Shown here one piece after another: positions 1 to 7,853 of a stretch of 64,000 nt of DNA (the stretch's first letter is position 1; each line of letters opens with the position of its first letter). Source of the DNA: a virus. The position numbers and the translations under genes were made by a program. The notes beneath the pieces are model-generated. The model was not told where the DNA came from. It made no database searches and saw only the letters and a list, made by a program, of their open reading frames with translations. The stretch is from the IMG/VR virus record IMGVR_UViG_3300036828_000363, positions 1 through 64,000 of that record. One strand, 5' to 3'.

Positions 1-11
1 ACACGCTCATT

Positions 12-332
12 TTGCTTTCCAAGTTGAGGCAAGACGGTTGGTTGGTTGCAGTTCACAATGACTATCGACTTCGCGATGAGTTAAGAACGTTTTGGCTTTT
101 CGCGAAAGGAAACGAATGTGTCAAGGGCGAGGGTAGGACGGATGAAGAAGCGCTTCAGGAAGTAGTGCGAGAGTTGGTTGCTCGTGTTTCTGAAACTGGC
201 TGTGAAACTACCAGACTTGCATTTTCCGTGAACAAAGTTGAAAATCACGCGCCCGGGGTTATCGGGTTCCGAGGTTCAGACGATGGTACGAAGTTAATTT
301 TGTTTTTACGTAAAAATAATCTTGACTTTTAA
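12..332 (+). CDS. hypothetical protein (start uncertain, may begin upstream of window)
   Basis: ORF track, 106 aa, no motif recognised. Confidence 0.4.
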   Translation: MLSKLRQDGWLVAVHNDYRLRDELRTFWLFAKGNECVKGEGRTDEEALQEVVRELVARVSETGCETTRLAFSVNKVENHAPGVIGFRGSDDGTKLILFLRKNNLDF

Positions 333-492
333 CCGTGAATCGAGCAGACTGGGTAGAACAACCCGAGCGGGGTTTTTGACATCTGAGTATCGGAAAGATC
401 AAAAGTCGAACCCTTGACATCCGGGTAGGATTTTTATAACATGTAACATGGGTATTTTAGAAATTTGGGTATAATAAAAAGGAATTGGGACT

Positions 493-798
493 ATGTTATT
501 CACGCAAAAGCAGCTTGAACACAGGTTGGGAATGACAGCAATGACCATTCACAATTGGAGAAAAGGGTACGAAAATCTGCCACCTTTCCCGTGTACGATT
601 GCCAAGCGTGGTGAGAAGGGTACTCGGGTTATATTCGACTTTTCGGAAGTGAAGAAGTGGCTTCACGCAAACCGTCCGAAGTTGGAGGAACTCCTTGAGA
701 AAAACGAATGTAACTGCCGCAGTTGTCGGACAGGAGAAATGCCAAGAGTTGTTCTTGAGAGCGCTCCGCGCCGTGTTGCCCTTTACACGCAGGTATAG
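493..798 (+). CDS. excisionase/AlpA-like helix-turn-helix DNA-binding protein
   Basis: LEHRLGMTAMTIHNWRKG...PPFP...FDFSEVKKWL pattern; paralog at 41227-41586. Confidence 0.6.
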   Translation: MLFTQKQLEHRLGMTAMTIHNWRKGYENLPPFPCTIAKRGEKGTRVIFDFSEVKKWLHANRPKLEELLEKNECNCRSCRTGEMPRVVLESAPRRVALYTQV

Positions 799-1117
799 TG
801 ATACTGCGCTTGCGACAAAGATTGGAATTGGAAAGCTCGAAGACGCGATTTTCTTTTCTTTCGACTATTTGGAATCGGGCATCGTAGGGGAACTTTCCGA
901 CACCGAGACCTACGCGTTACTTGTTCAGATGTTCAAATGTTTGGATCGCTATTTGAAAGTGATTCAGGTTCCGGTAACGCTCAACACCTTTGTTTCACAT
1001 TTAAACTTGCTTGGTCACGCGGTTGATCAGTCTTTTCCGTATTACGCGCAATCCGGTTTACTCCGGTTCGTAATAAATCCGAAAAATGGATTCAAGGAAG
1101 TGACTTCCGCAGTATAA
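695..1117 (+). CDS. hypothetical protein
   Basis: ORF track; followed by a hairpin and T-run. Confidence 0.5.
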   Translation: MRKTNVTAAVVGQEKCQELFLRALRAVLPFTRRYSDTALATKIGIGKLEDAIFFSFDYLESGIVGELSDTETYALLVQMFKCLDRYLKVIQVPVTLNTFVSHLNLLGHAVDQSFPYYAQSGLLRFVINPKNGFKEVTSAV

Positions 1118-1160
1118 ACATGTAACGAAGGGTATTCGTTTTGTCTTTTTGTCAGTCTGA

Positions 1161-1192
1161 GTGGGGAGTGTTATCTTGCTCCCCACATTTTT
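1161..1192 (+). terminator. putative intrinsic terminator
   Basis: GTGGGGAG...CTCCCCAC stem followed by ATTTTT. Confidence 0.5.
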
Positions 1193-1203
1193 AAAAAGTT
1201 CAC

Positions 1204-1331
1204 GGTACAGGCCGTTCGATTTAGGTTATCTCACTGCTAATGAGGCGATGTAGGGTTCGAATCCCTGCCGAGTTGTAAGATTCGTAGTTTAATGGTAGAA
1301 CACCATATCTAGATCATTTTTTGCTTGTACC
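1204..1331 (+). ncRNA. Y-RNA-like unit 1 (anticodon arm GCT, T arm, closed acceptor hairpin, D arm)
   Basis: GGTACAGGCCG...TTGCTTGTACC terminal stem; GGTTATC; CTCA-CTGCTAA-TGAG; GGTTCGAATCC; TAGTTTAATGGTAGAAC; upstream of Ro60 gene. Confidence 0.8.
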
Positions 1332-1340
1332 TAAATTTAT

Positions 1341-1415
1341 CGCGGGGTAGCCTAGTGGTTAGGTGCTTGGCCCATAACCAAGATGACACGGGTTCGAATC
1401 CCGTCCCCGCAACCA
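1341..1415 (+). tRNA. tRNA-Met(CAT), initiator-like
   Basis: Full cloverleaf CGCGGGG...CCCCGCA-A-CCA with C1:A72 mismatch, anticodon loop CCCATAA, T loop TTCGAAT, encoded CCA. Confidence 0.9.
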
Positions 1416-1434
1416 TTTTAGAAGTAGAAAGTTC

Positions 1435-1535
1435 GGTACAGGCCGTGAGTTTTGGTTATCGTTGGTTCGACTCCAATCGAATCGAAAGATTCGTAGCTCA
1501 GTGGTAGAGCGCCCAAGACCATTTTTGCTTGTACC
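1435..1535 (+). ncRNA. Y-RNA-like unit 2 (YrlA-type order: T arm, acceptor hairpin, D arm)
   Basis: GGTACAGGCCG...TTGCTTGTACC; GTTGG-TTCGACT-CCAAT; CGAATC-GAAA-GATTCG; TAGCTCAGTGGTAGAGC. Confidence 0.85.
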
Positions 1536-1541
1536 CAAAAT

Positions 1542-1612
1542 TTCCGTGAGCCGTTTGGTTTGGGTTACCCTATCATTCTGGAAAATACCCAGATCGCCTT
1601 TTGCCCACGGAA
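1542..1612 (+). ncRNA. Y-RNA-like unit 3 (minimal, no clear tRNA module)
   Basis: TTCCGTGAGCCG...TTGCCCACGGAA stem; inner GGTTTGGGT/ACCCAGATC stem; GGTTACC variant motif. Confidence 0.65.
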
Positions 1613-1619
1613 CGAATTT

Positions 1620-1695
1620 GACGTAGGCCGGATTCGCTCGGTTATCTTTCACTCGTAATGAAAACAGACCCGAGCAAAAAACTTTTGCTTACGTC
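1620..1695 (+). ncRNA. Y-RNA-like unit 4 (anticodon arm only, CGT)
   Basis: GACGTAGGCCG...TTGCTTACGTC (compensatory changes); GGTTATC; TTTCA-CTCGTAA-TGAAA. Confidence 0.75.
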
Positions 1696-1705
1696 TTAAA
1701 TTTTA

Positions 1706-1769
1706 TACACTGGTAGGGCTGTCCGACACTAATCGGAGCCAGCTAAAGGATCATAACCTTTCCAGTGTG
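1706..1769 (+). ncRNA. small structured RNA, three-way junction, family unknown
   Basis: TACACTGG/CCAGTGTG closing stem enclosing GGCT-GTCCGA..TCGGA-GCC and AAAGG-ATCATAA-CCTTT hairpins. Confidence 0.45.
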
Positions 1770-1794
1770 CCAGTTCTTTGACAATTCGATTCAC

Positions 1795-1918
1795 GGTACA
1801 GGCCGAGGGTTTGGGTTATCCGAATCGTAGATTCGTAGCTTAATGGTAAAGCGCCTCACTGCAAATGGGGAGAGTGTGGGTTCGAATCCCTATCCAGATT
1901 ACATTTTTTGCTTGTACC
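1795..1918 (+). ncRNA. Y-RNA-like unit 5 (acceptor hairpin, D arm, anticodon arm GCA, T arm)
   Basis: GGTACAGGCCG...TTGCTTGTACC; CGAATC-GTA-GATTCG; TAGCTTAATGGTAAAGC; CCTCA-CTGCAAA-TGGGG; GGGTTCGAATCCC. Confidence 0.8.
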
Positions 1919-1927
1919 TAAATTCAC

Positions 1928-2069
1928 GGTGTAGGCCGGAAGATTTGGGTTATCCTCACCATCCTAGAGGAAGTAGCTCAGTTGGTTAGAGCGTCAACTT
2001 GCGAAAGCAAGGAGAAGGTCATTGGTTCGAATCCAATCTTCACATCCAGATCAAATATTTGCTTACACT
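1928..2069 (+). ncRNA. Y-RNA-like unit 6 (unpermuted D arm, GNRA hairpin, T arm)
   Basis: GGTGTAGGCCG...TTGCTTACACT; TAGCTCAGTTGGTTAGAGC; CTTGC-GAAA-GCAAG in place of anticodon arm; ATTGG-TTCGAAT-CCAAT. Confidence 0.8.
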
Positions 2070-2078
2070 ATAATTCAC

Positions 2079-2240
2079 GGTACAGGCCGGTTTAATTGGG
2101 TTATCAAAACGCCGTATGTCGCGGGTTCGAGTCCCGTCACTTCTTACCACTTCTTTTGACATGAGAGAAGTAATAGAGGTGTAGTTCAGTTGGTAGAACA
2201 ACAGCCTAAAAAACACCCAGTTTAGTTTTTTGCTTGTACC
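2079..2240 (+). ncRNA. Y-RNA-like unit 7 (T arm, extended acceptor hairpin, D arm)
   Basis: GGTACAGGCCG...TTGCTTGTACC; GCGGG-TTCGAGT-CCCGT; CACTTCT...AGAGGTG with inner ACTTCT/AGAAGT; TAGTTCAGTTGGTAGAAC. Confidence 0.8.
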
Positions 2241-2250
2241 TAATTTCAAT

Positions 2251-2318
2251 CCGTGGGCCGGACGATTAGCGTTATCCTTGGCGATAAAAATGGCTGATCA
2301 GTAGTATTTTGCTCACGG
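2251..2318 (+). ncRNA. Y-RNA-like unit 8 (minimal)
   Basis: CCGTGGGCCG...TTGCTCACGG; GATTAGC/GCTGATC inner stem; GTTATC. Confidence 0.7.
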
Positions 2319-2347
2319 TAAATCTCTCTCCCAACAGAGAGGCAAAC

Positions 2348-2401
2348 CACACTGAGGGGAAGTGGTTTTGCTACACCCCTATAACCACTTCCTACAGTGT
2401 G
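2348..2401 (+). other. long hairpin in the Ro60 leader
   Basis: CACACTG..GGAAGTGGTT / AACCACTTCC..CAGTGTG. Confidence 0.5.
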
Positions 2402-2429
2402 ATCATCATTAACTACCGGAGGCACGACA

Positions 2430-4118
2430 ATGGCACGTTCATATTTGACTGAATCGCTTGATCCCAAGAAAATTCCTCAGTCCGAACCCGTTTCAAAAAT
2501 CCAAGTTCCCAACTCCGCTGGTGGATTCTCTTTCCAACTGGACAAGTGGAGTCGCCTTGAACGTTTCTTGATTCTGGGCGCAGAGAGCGGAACCTATTAC
2601 ATCAACGAGCGTTCTCTGGTTAAAGAGAATGTTTCCTGCTTGGAAGAGTGCATCAAGGAAGATGGTGTCAAAACCGTCAACGTCATCGCCTCAATTTCTG
2701 ACGATGGACGCGCTCCCAAGAATGATCCTGCGCTATTTGCGCTCGCCATGTGTTTCAAAAAGGGTGACCTGAAAACCAAGAGAGAAGCTGCAAATTCGCT
2801 TCCGTTGGTTGCTCGTATTGGTACTCACCTCTTTCATTTCGCGCAATTCATGGACGCGCTGAAAGTCGGTTGGGGGCCAGTGGTGAGACGCGCAGTTTCT
2901 GAGTGGTACATCGCTCGTGATGTAGACAAGCTCGCGTATCAGCTTGTCAAGTACCAGTCTCGCGATGGATGGTCACACCGTGACTTGATTCGTCTTTCTC
3001 ACCCGAAGCCGATTGATCAGAAACAAACTCATGCTTTGGGTTGGGCGACGGGTTCTGTGCGAGGTGAATTCAACGCTCAGTATTTGCCTTCTCTGCTCGC
3101 CGCGTTTGACGAAGCGAAGACTGCAACGGCACAACGGACAATCGAATTGATCAGGGAGCACAATCTTCCCCGTGAGTGTGTCAAGACGGAATATTTGAAT
3201 GACACGTCAGTGTGGGAAGCACTGCTCGAAAAGATGCCCGTGGGCGCGATGATTCGCAACCTTGGAAACATGACGAAGAACGGATTGATCGCTCCGAATT
3301 CCGAAGGTCTCCGGAAGGTCATTTCTCTTCTTGGTAACCGGGACGCGCTCAAAAAGGCACGTATTCACCCGTTGAACGTTTTTCTGGCACAAGCAACCTA
3401 TAAGACGGGCCGTGGTATGAAGGGTTCGAACACTTGGACGCCCGTTATGGGGGTTCTGGACGCGCTGGAAGGCGCCTTCTACACGACTTTTGACTTGGTT
3501 GAACCGACCAATAAGCGGTACTTTTTGGGACTGGACGTGTCCGGTTCTATGGGTTCCGCGATTGGCAGTTTTCCTATCACTTGTCGTGAAGGAACTGCTC
3601 TGATGGCGATGGTGACCATGAGAACCGAGAAGATTCATTTCACTGGTGGTTTCACTGCTGGGCGTGGTGCTTCACGGTGGTCAAGTTCTGGAATTGGTTC
3701 AGGTTTTACTCCGCTGAACATTTCAGCGACACAAACCCTTGATGCCGTGGTAAAGGTGACTTCTAGCCTAGAATTTGGTGGAACTGATTGTGCTCTTCCG
3801 ATGTTGTTCGCAATGGAGCACAAAATTCCTGCTGATGTCTTTGTGATCTACACAGATAGCGAGACTTGGGCAGGACACGTTCACCCTCATATCGCGCTCG
3901 AAGATTACCGTCAGAAAATGGGAATTCCCGCGAAGCTGGTAGTTGTGGGAATGACATCGAACGGTTTCACGATTGCGAATCCGAACGATGCTGGGATGCT
4001 TGATATCGCGGGATTCGACACTACTGTTCCGTCAGTTCTTGCGGACTTCGCGACTGACGGAAAAAATAAAGAAAATAAATCCGGGGAACCCCTTGAAGAA
4101 TCGTCCCCGGAGTTGTAG
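2430..4118 (+). CDS. rsr: Ro60-related TROVE + vWA RNA-binding protein
   Basis: NSAGGFSF, RLERFLILG..GTYY, KYQSRDGWSHRDLIRLSHPKP, LDVSGSM (MIDAS), GGTDCALPM, YTDSETW. Confidence 0.95.
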   Translation: MARSYLTESLDPKKIPQSEPVSKIQVPNSAGGFSFQLDKWSRLERFLILGAESGTYYINERSLVKENVSCLEECIKEDGVKTVNVIASISDDGRAPKNDPALFALAMCFKKGDLKTKREAANSLPLVARIGTHLFHFAQFMDALKVGWGPVVRRAVSEWYIARDVDKLAYQLVKYQSRDGWSHRDLIRLSHPKPIDQKQTHALGWATGSVRGEFNAQYLPSLLAAFDEAKTATAQRTIELIREHNLPRECVKTEYLNDTSVWEALLEKMPVGAMIRNLGNMTKNGLIAPNSEGLRKVISLLGNRDALKKARIHPLNVFLAQATYKTGRGMKGSNTWTPVMGVLDALEGAFYTTFDLVEPTNKRYFLGLDVSGSMGSAIGSFPITCREGTALMAMVTMRTEKIHFTGGFTAGRGASRWSSSGIGSGFTPLNISATQTLDAVVKVTSSLEFGGTDCALPMLFAMEHKIPADVFVIYTDSETWAGHVHPHIALEDYRQKMGIPAKLVVVGMTSNGFTIANPNDAGMLDIAGFDTTVPSVLADFATDGKNKENKSGEPLEESSPEL

Positions 4119-4121
4119 ACT
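4093..4121 (+). promoter_or_regulatory. sigma70-like promoter upstream of primase
   Basis: TTGAAG-N17-TAGACT. Confidence 0.4.
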
Positions 4122-4173
4122 TTTCTAAACTTGATGAACTGACTCGTATCCTAGTCTGAATGATGGGTGACTG

Positions 4174-5199
4174 ATGGGTTTTCAGTCACCCAGTTTTAAT
4201 TTCCCTGAAAAGCTAAAAACTTTGAACATACGAACCATTTTGGATCGAGAACGAATACATTGGCGTGATAAGGGAAAAAACTGTAGTAAGGGGAACGTCA
4301 ACATCTCCTGCCCATTTTGTGGAGTTGACCCGTCAGAACATTTATCGATATCAGAAGACGGTCTTCGTGGTTATTACTGCTTCAGAAATCCTGCACAGCA
4401 CTCCGGTAAGAACATCTCTTTCCTGTTTCAAAAATTAGGCATAAAAGTGGACAAGCAACTTCTTGAGGATATCAAGAAGGCTGGACTCTACGTTTCGCAC
4501 ACTCCGGTTCTCAAAGATAATTCTGTTTATAACCAGTGGCGATGGTTTAATCCAGCGGAAGAATCACAAGAAGCGGTTGATTATCTTTTTGACCGTCAAT
4601 TTTTATTCCCGGTTGAGATTTGTAAGAAATTCAATTTGCGGGTTACTCCGGATGGACGTTGGGCAGGTAGGCTTTTGATTCCTCTGACAGTCGGTTGGAC
4701 TGGACGTTCGATGCGTAAGCATATCGAACCACGATACTTTTCAGAAACGGATGAAACGGGGTTGTTCATTCACGGTAGGGGGAGAACGGCAATCATCTTT
4801 GAAGGCCCGATAGACGCGCTTCGAGTCGCGTCAGTAACCGATGAGACCACGGTAATAGGTGGACTGGGCGGAAGAATTTCGTCAACGCTTATTTATATTC
4901 TCAGGGAGAGAAATTTCCTTGACATTTATAACTGTCCGGATTCTACTGTACCATTCGATCAATCAGAATACAATCGACGGCAACTGGTGTCATACTGTAC
5001 GAGTAGTAATGTGCATGCAGCAAAACTCCCGAACGGTAAAAAAGACGCGGGAGAATTGAACGAGGTTGAGGTAAGACAATGGCTGACAACGTTGGGTACG
5101 TCAAGCGAATTGTCCCTCTCCCTGCGTGGCCCGGCCCGTGGGAGAAGTGGGCGAGAAGATACTGTGTTCAAAATCTTTGGAGACTCAAAGTCGAGTTAG
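4174..5199 (+). CDS. DNA primase (Zn finger + TOPRIM)
   Basis: CPFC..H......YYC, RLLIP, IFEGPIDA, KDAGE. Confidence 0.75.
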   Translation: MGFQSPSFNFPEKLKTLNIRTILDRERIHWRDKGKNCSKGNVNISCPFCGVDPSEHLSISEDGLRGYYCFRNPAQHSGKNISFLFQKLGIKVDKQLLEDIKKAGLYVSHTPVLKDNSVYNQWRWFNPAEESQEAVDYLFDRQFLFPVEICKKFNLRVTPDGRWAGRLLIPLTVGWTGRSMRKHIEPRYFSETDETGLFIHGRGRTAIIFEGPIDALRVASVTDETTVIGGLGGRISSTLIYILRERNFLDIYNCPDSTVPFDQSEYNRRQLVSYCTSSNVHAAKLPNGKKDAGELNEVEVRQWLTTLGTSSELSLSLRGPARGRSGREDTVFKIFGDSKSS

Positions 5200-6422
5200 G
5201 GGATATTGAGGATTTGCTTTCTGTTTGCGCGATAGCGTATTTGGATACGCGTAGACGGTATGAAGGGACGATAAATTCTCAATCTCACTTCATGAGTTTG
5301 TATAAAACCACGGTCACAAACCGTTTTAACGACCTTTCCCGGAAAGACTACCAGAAGCGAGCAGTTGCAGATGGTTCTTCGACTGAAGAACCCTTGACGT
5401 ATCATGAGGGGGAATTGTTGGTCACCCTAGACCAACTTTCACAGGAAACCAAGTTGGTTTTGACCCTTTTATGGAACGCGCCAGTGGAAATTTTACACAC
5501 CATTGAAAAAGATTTTTCGTGTCCCGGCATTTTTTTGAAGAAAGTCGCGCTTTTCTGTGGTATACCTGTTACCAGAGCAGAGAGAATTGCTCGAAACCTA
5601 CGTAAACTACTGAAAAGAGGAGAACCAATGAAAAGTGTGTATCAAGAGCTGATCGACGCGGCAAAGACTGCGCCGGGATATGTGGAACCCCGTCCGGGTG
5701 ATTCCAAGGAATCAATTATCACTAACCTGCTCACCAAAATCGGTGATGTAGCAGAAGACGTTTGGAAGGGACTGAGCGCGCCAGCAATTGTCTGGTACAA
5801 TGCCGCCGCGGAAGTCTTCAACGCGAACGCCAAAGTTCAGAATCCCGATGAGATGAAACCGATTCCGGAAATCCCCGGATATCAGGCACCAGTGGTGGTT
5901 GCTCCGCCTACTGCGGAAAAGCCTGCTAAGGTAAAGAAGGAAAAGGTTGCAAAAGCTCCGAAGGAACCGAAAGCACCGAAGCCGCCCAAAGTTGCAAAGG
6001 TCAAGGCGCCGCCGGCTGAAGGCGAGGATGACACCCCGGATCGTCCGAAAGAATCCCGTCCCGGAGTCACCCTTGTTATCCGTGAAATGCTCGTGGTCAA
6101 CCCGAACGTCTCAGTCGCAGATGTCGCGGCAGAGTTGAAAAATCAGGGTTTTCAGACTGAGCATCAGAGCGGCATCGTCACCGAGCGTCACATCATTCGC
6201 TCCGCCGTCCGCCTGGCAATGAAGAACGGTCTCTGGAACGGAATCGCGGTTGTGGAAGATGAGAGAAAACCCCGCGCTCCGCGCAAGGTGACTTCGAACG
6301 AAACCGCTCCAACCGGAACCGAAACTGAAACCGCGACTGTCGCGGAAACCGAAACCGCTACCGTCACTGAGCCGGCCGCGCCCGTACCCGCACCTGAAAC
6401 TCAGGTGGAGCAGGGTGTATAA
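5079..6422 (+). CDS. sigma-factor-like N-terminal domain in frame with a Pro/Lys/Thr-rich protein (second RBS + ATG at 5628)
   Basis: DIEDLLS...YLD...Y...SHFMSLY...TNRFNDLSRK resembles sigma70 region 2; internal AGAGGAG + ATG. Confidence 0.5.
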   Translation: MADNVGYVKRIVPLPAWPGPWEKWARRYCVQNLWRLKVELGDIEDLLSVCAIAYLDTRRRYEGTINSQSHFMSLYKTTVTNRFNDLSRKDYQKRAVADGSSTEEPLTYHEGELLVTLDQLSQETKLVLTLLWNAPVEILHTIEKDFSCPGIFLKKVALFCGIPVTRAERIARNLRKLLKRGEPMKSVYQELIDAAKTAPGYVEPRPGDSKESIITNLLTKIGDVAEDVWKGLSAPAIVWYNAAAEVFNANAKVQNPDEMKPIPEIPGYQAPVVVAPPTAEKPAKVKKEKVAKAPKEPKAPKPPKVAKVKAPPAEGEDDTPDRPKESRPGVTLVIREMLVVNPNVSVADVAAELKNQGFQTEHQSGIVTERHIIRSAVRLAMKNGLWNGIAVVEDERKPRAPRKVTSNETAPTGTETETATVAETETATVTEPAAPVPAPETQVEQGV

Positions 6423-6450
6423 CTAACCCAGCAGTACACACAAAAAGTTA

Positions 6451-6481
6451 AGGGGTAGAGATAATTCTCTACCCTCTTTTT
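6451..6481 (+). terminator. intrinsic terminator
   Basis: AGGGGTAGAG/CTCTACCCTCT stem plus T-run. Confidence 0.6.
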
Positions 6482-7015
6482 GTGTATATACTTGTAGTCA
6501 CGAGTTGGTGTGGGAACCTGTCGATGCGCCAATTTAGAAACCTAGTCAACCAACAATTCGGCAGACTAACCGCTGTAAAATCTGTTGGAAAGACTAGGCG
6601 TGGTAATTATGTATGGTTTTGTAGGTGTGAGTGTGGTACAGGAATAGAAGTAAGAAGCGGCAGTCTTACTAGTGGTAATACAAAAAGTTGTGGTTGCCTA
6701 AGTAGAAATAGAAAGAGAAGAATAACTCACGGCCTTTCCCGCACGTCAGAGTATCGGTGCTGGTTAAACATGCTTGAGAGGTGTTCGAATCCTACTTATA
6801 AAAACTATAAACACTACGGCGGACGTGGAATCAAAGTTTGTGACCGATGGCTGAATTCTTTTGAGAACTTTATTTCAGACATGGGAATGAAACCATCTCC
6901 AGAACTTTCAATTGAAAGAATGGATAACAACGGTAACTATGAGCCTACTAACTGCAAGTGGGCCACAAAAAAAGAACAGCGGAACAATCAGAAAAGACTC
7001 GTGGTTAAAAGATGA
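6482..7015 (+). CDS. free-standing HNH homing endonuclease (probable start about 6524)
   Basis: CRCECG, TKSCGC, YGGRGIKVCDRW, SIERMDNNGNYEPTNCKWAT. Confidence 0.85.
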   Translation: MYILVVTSWCGNLSMRQFRNLVNQQFGRLTAVKSVGKTRRGNYVWFCRCECGTGIEVRSGSLTSGNTKSCGCLSRNRKRRITHGLSRTSEYRCWLNMLERCSNPTYKNYKHYGGRGIKVCDRWLNSFENFISDMGMKPSPELSIERMDNNGNYEPTNCKWATKKEQRNNQKRLVVKR

Positions 7016-7635
7016 AAATTCATACCGATGATGTCGCGAAAATAAAACCGAGCAGAGAAGAGGCACTACGCGCTGTCAGAACCGTGATTGCCTTTCTCGG
7101 TGATGACCCGGATAGGGAAGGTCTCATCAAGACCCCGGAACGGGTTTTAAACGCGTGGGAGAGTGACTGGGGAGTTGGTTTATCATCAGTGTACGTAAAA
7201 GAACAGGAAGAATCTATTCGCAACGGTGTGTTCGATGACGGGGGAGAACACTATGACGCGATGATCATGCTGCGACGAATTCATTTTGTTAGTCACTGCG
7301 AACATCATATGGCGATGTTCACTGGCACGGCGGATGTTGCATACATCCCAAGTCCGCAAGGGAAGATAATCGGGCTATCCAAAATTGCAAGGGTGGTAGA
7401 ACTGTTTTCGCGCCGTCTTCAAGTACAGGAACGGCTCACGACTCAGATTGCGGATTTTATCATGGATGAGTGTAACGCAGTTGGTGTAGGGGTTGTGGTT
7501 CGAGCAATTCATACCTGTATGCTTACCCGTGGAATTCGTCAACCGGAAGTTGAAACGATAACTTCTGCGCTCCGTGGTGAATTATTCAGTGATCCCAGTG
7601 CTCGGTCTGAGTTTTTCAACTTGGTTACTAAGTGA
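7012..7635 (+). CDS. folE: GTP cyclohydrolase I
   Basis: REGLIKTPERV, SHCEHH, GLSKIARVV...RRLQVQERLT, HTCM..RG. Confidence 0.95.
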   Translation: MKIHTDDVAKIKPSREEALRAVRTVIAFLGDDPDREGLIKTPERVLNAWESDWGVGLSSVYVKEQEESIRNGVFDDGGEHYDAMIMLRRIHFVSHCEHHMAMFTGTADVAYIPSPQGKIIGLSKIARVVELFSRRLQVQERLTTQIADFIMDECNAVGVGVVVRAIHTCMLTRGIRQPEVETITSALRGELFSDPSARSEFFNLVTK

Positions 7636-7846
7636 GCAAGATACCTGTATGACTGACGAAGAAAAAACCATTAAGGAAAATGTTCGATTCGGCCAAAGAA
7701 TACAGGTAAGGAAAAACGCTCCTTTCTTTAGAGAACATTTTGCTTACATTGCTTACATTGGTGAGTCCGGAGTTTCTGTCTACTTAGAAGATTCCTCATT
7801 CGATGATTGCATTCCTTTGAAGTGGGATGAGTTTCTTCTAGTGTGA
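7574..7846 (+). CDS. hypothetical protein (probable start about 7649)
   Basis: fills the gap between folE and queC. Confidence 0.4.
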   Translation: MVNYSVIPVLGLSFSTWLLSEQDTCMTDEEKTIKENVRFGQRIQVRKNAPFFREHFAYIAYIGESGVSVYLEDSSFDDCIPLKWDEFLLV

Positions 7847-7853
7847 GGTTTTT

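Noticed and set aside
1571-1590. Ser(GGA) anticodon arm in Y unit 3
   Set aside because: The CTGGAAA loop is present but the flanking stem does not pair convincingly.
1204-2240. Y-like units as ordinary tRNA genes or tRNA pseudogenes
   Set aside because: Arms are permuted or missing, there is no free CCA acceptor end, and all sit inside one conserved, covarying scaffold.
1325-2467. Short ORFs 1325-1507, 1359-1652, 2040-2249 and 2246-2467
   Set aside because: They overlap the tRNA and structured RNAs and have no RBS or protein motif.
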